Shown here: piece after piece, positions 35,740-37,669 of the stretch
Position numbering within the stretch: position 1 is the first letter of the stretch
How the letters are laid out: each line of letters begins with the position of its first letter
DNA from: Proteromonas lacertae
Taxonomy: Eukaryota
Direction of reading: 5' to 3'
Assembly (NCBI GenBank): GCA_002245135.1
Contig: NGBS01001215.1
Location: 1-37,669, forward strand
Length of the DNA stretch: 37,669 nt
Made by a program: the position numbers and the translations under genes
The notes under the pieces: model-generated
What the model was told of the DNA's origin: nothing
The model's database searches: none
The model's input: only the letters and a program-made list of their open reading frames with translations

Positions 35740-37669
35740 ATGAGTATGAAAAAGACTGTAAGAACTTCAAGGTCTTTAAACACTTCAACTGTTTTAAAGG
35801 GACTTGTTCCAACCACTCCAGCTCAAACAGCTTTGATTAAGAGAGTATTGTGATTTGTGTTTTTATATTTTGTATTAGCTTTCTTATGCAGCTCCTCCAC
35901 CTAGTCCAATCAAAGGAGTTTCTAGAGTAATGTTGAAGAGAAAAACAAGAAAGATATTCAAATGGTTTAGAATAGTGAAAATATGGGCAAAATCAAAAGC
36001 TAAACTACCTCATAACTATGTACTACGAGTTTTATACCTTCAAGCAAAAGCAATGAAGATTCAAAGATTTTATAGAAGGTATAAACTATTAAAGAGATTC
36101 CAGAGTTTAATACCATCAGTATTACAGCAAAAGAGAGATGAAGAACGTTTACCAATGATTATTAAAATCCAACAATTCTTTCGAAAGAATATATATAGAA
36201 AGAAATATCAAAGAATAGCAATAAAGATTCAATCAATGTGGAGAGGTTATATATGTCGAGTTAATATGGTTTCAAAGGTAATGAAGAATCCATTTAACTT
36301 AATGTTGAAAGATAGAAAGTATTACAATAGAATAATTAATTCTAAACCAAAATAATTAAAAAATATAAGAAATATACTAAAGCAATATATTCTGATAATC
36401 ATGATCTCTCTGTTAAAATAAAAGAAATGAAATTAATTCATCATGACTTTAGATTAATTGGTGAAGTTAAAAAACAGACAAAAATGGCTGAAAAGAGAGT
36501 ATTTATTTATTAATATTTATTATTGATGATTATTATTTTGAAATAGAAAATTGAAAGAATGGAAATAACCCATCCAAGATTCGCATTCTATCGTTTAGAT
36601 GAAAATGAGATATTTTCAAATTACGCTGAAGAAGTTATACAACTAAGGAATGATTCAGAGATGATGAAGAATGTTGTAAATGATAAAAATGAAAGAAAAA
36701 AGTTGTTATTAGAAAGTGAATATGGAAAATACAAAATAGTCATACCAAAAGTATTAATTGTCCAAAGATTTATAAAGAGATTATATATGAATAAAAAGAA
36801 TAAATATATAAAATCGATTATACAATAGCGAAGTGTTATAAACTATATAAATTGAAATATTATTTAAAAAATATGAAAAGAATAATCTCTGCCAAGATTA
36901 TACAGAAGTATTATCATAAAAGATATTTTTTAAAACATTTAAAAGAATTTTATCAAAGAACATTAGTTGGTTTAATTATCTATAAAAAATAATTATTCCA
37001 AATAGAATTAAAAGATTATTTTAATCCAAAACAATTATAGAAGACATTATTATAGTAAGATGATGAAAAAGAAAATTGCTTGTAAAAATAGTGAATATAA
37101 TGAGATATATAAAGAAACATAAAGTATATCATCGGAAATATATGAAATTCAATAATAAAGAGAAAATTAGCTGAACAACTGATTAAAAAAGAAGTATTGA
37201 AGTATATAAATAAAACTAAAAACAAGAGATTGGAAAAGAAAAAAATAAAAGTATTATAAAAATACAAAAGATATTTAGAGGTATATTTGTAGAAAGAAAG
37301 TAGTAATTCCAATAGTTTTCAGATTGCCAAAATACAGTGTATTTAAGAATAATTGTATTTACTATAATAACTTAATAAATTCTTCAACAATTACAAATGA
37401 TAATTATTCATCAATTGTATTAAGAGAATTGAAGAAAGAAGTGAAAAGAGAACAATATAAGAAGTGTAAAACAATTGCTAAAGATCAATACACTCCAGTC
37501 ACTCATTTCCCAGTTCCAAAGAAGTTTATAAAGCTGAAGATAAGATAACAAGGCTTCATGCAAAGAATAGTTGGTTAGATTATAGAGGTAATAATGATTT
37601 TGACAGTATATATCCATATTTGGTTGAGAGTGTTTTTATAAGTGATGATAAGGAGATTATGAAGTTAGA
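35740..37669 (+). pseudogene. multi-IQ-motif calmodulin-binding protein; 3' part disrupted, runs off the window
   Basis: ATG 35740, intron 35845-35878; IQRFYRRY, IQQFFRK, IQSMWRGY, IQKYY, IQNNYRR; in-frame stops and frameshifts after ~36300. Confidence 0.65.

Noticed and set aside
35707..35816. N-terminal extension of ORF 35469-35816
   Set aside because: It overlaps exon 1 of the plus-strand IQ gene; a spliced model from ATG 35706 fits better.
1..37669. Genome-wide stop-codon reassignment (TAA/TAG = Gln)
   Set aside because: Conserved genes (GNPDA, DUF1749, GT31, SMYD) end at TAA or TAG at the expected C-termini, and long ORFs contain no internal stops.
1..37669. CRISPR arrays, tRNA or rRNA genes, LTR or reverse-transcriptase elements
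   Set aside because: No spaced repeats, cloverleaf or rRNA-like segments, or RT motifs were seen by eye.

Overview
Very AT-rich, gene-dense eukaryotic nuclear DNA with tiny GT-AG introns (about 25-45 nt) and very short intergenic spacers. This style, plus TTTGTTTG-like motifs after some stop codons, suggests a Blastocystis/Proteromonas-like stramenopile (inference only). About 4-17.5 kb is a mostly intronless cluster of type II membrane glycan-modifying genes: GT-A, fucosyltransferase-like, FkbM-like methyltransferase, GT92-like, GT31 and a truncated GH47. The cluster is bracketed by a near-identical 1.68-kb inverted duplication. It contains an apparently intact two-gene PIF/Harbinger transposon with 67-bp TIRs and atypical target-site flanks. 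A 318-bp MITE with an 8-bp TSD sits at the left duplication boundary. About 17.5-22.5 kb holds decayed multi-exon genes and a 3'-truncated MOB1. The right part carries ordinary intron-containing genes: SMYD, a type I membrane protein with a cytosolic PH domain, LicD, IPC-synthase-like PAP2, a PHD/SP-RING SUMO ligase, glucosamine-6-phosphate deaminase, a NEK kinase, a coiled-coil protein, a small tail-anchored protein and a disrupted IQ-repeat gene. All gene models and domain calls were read by eye, with no database searches.
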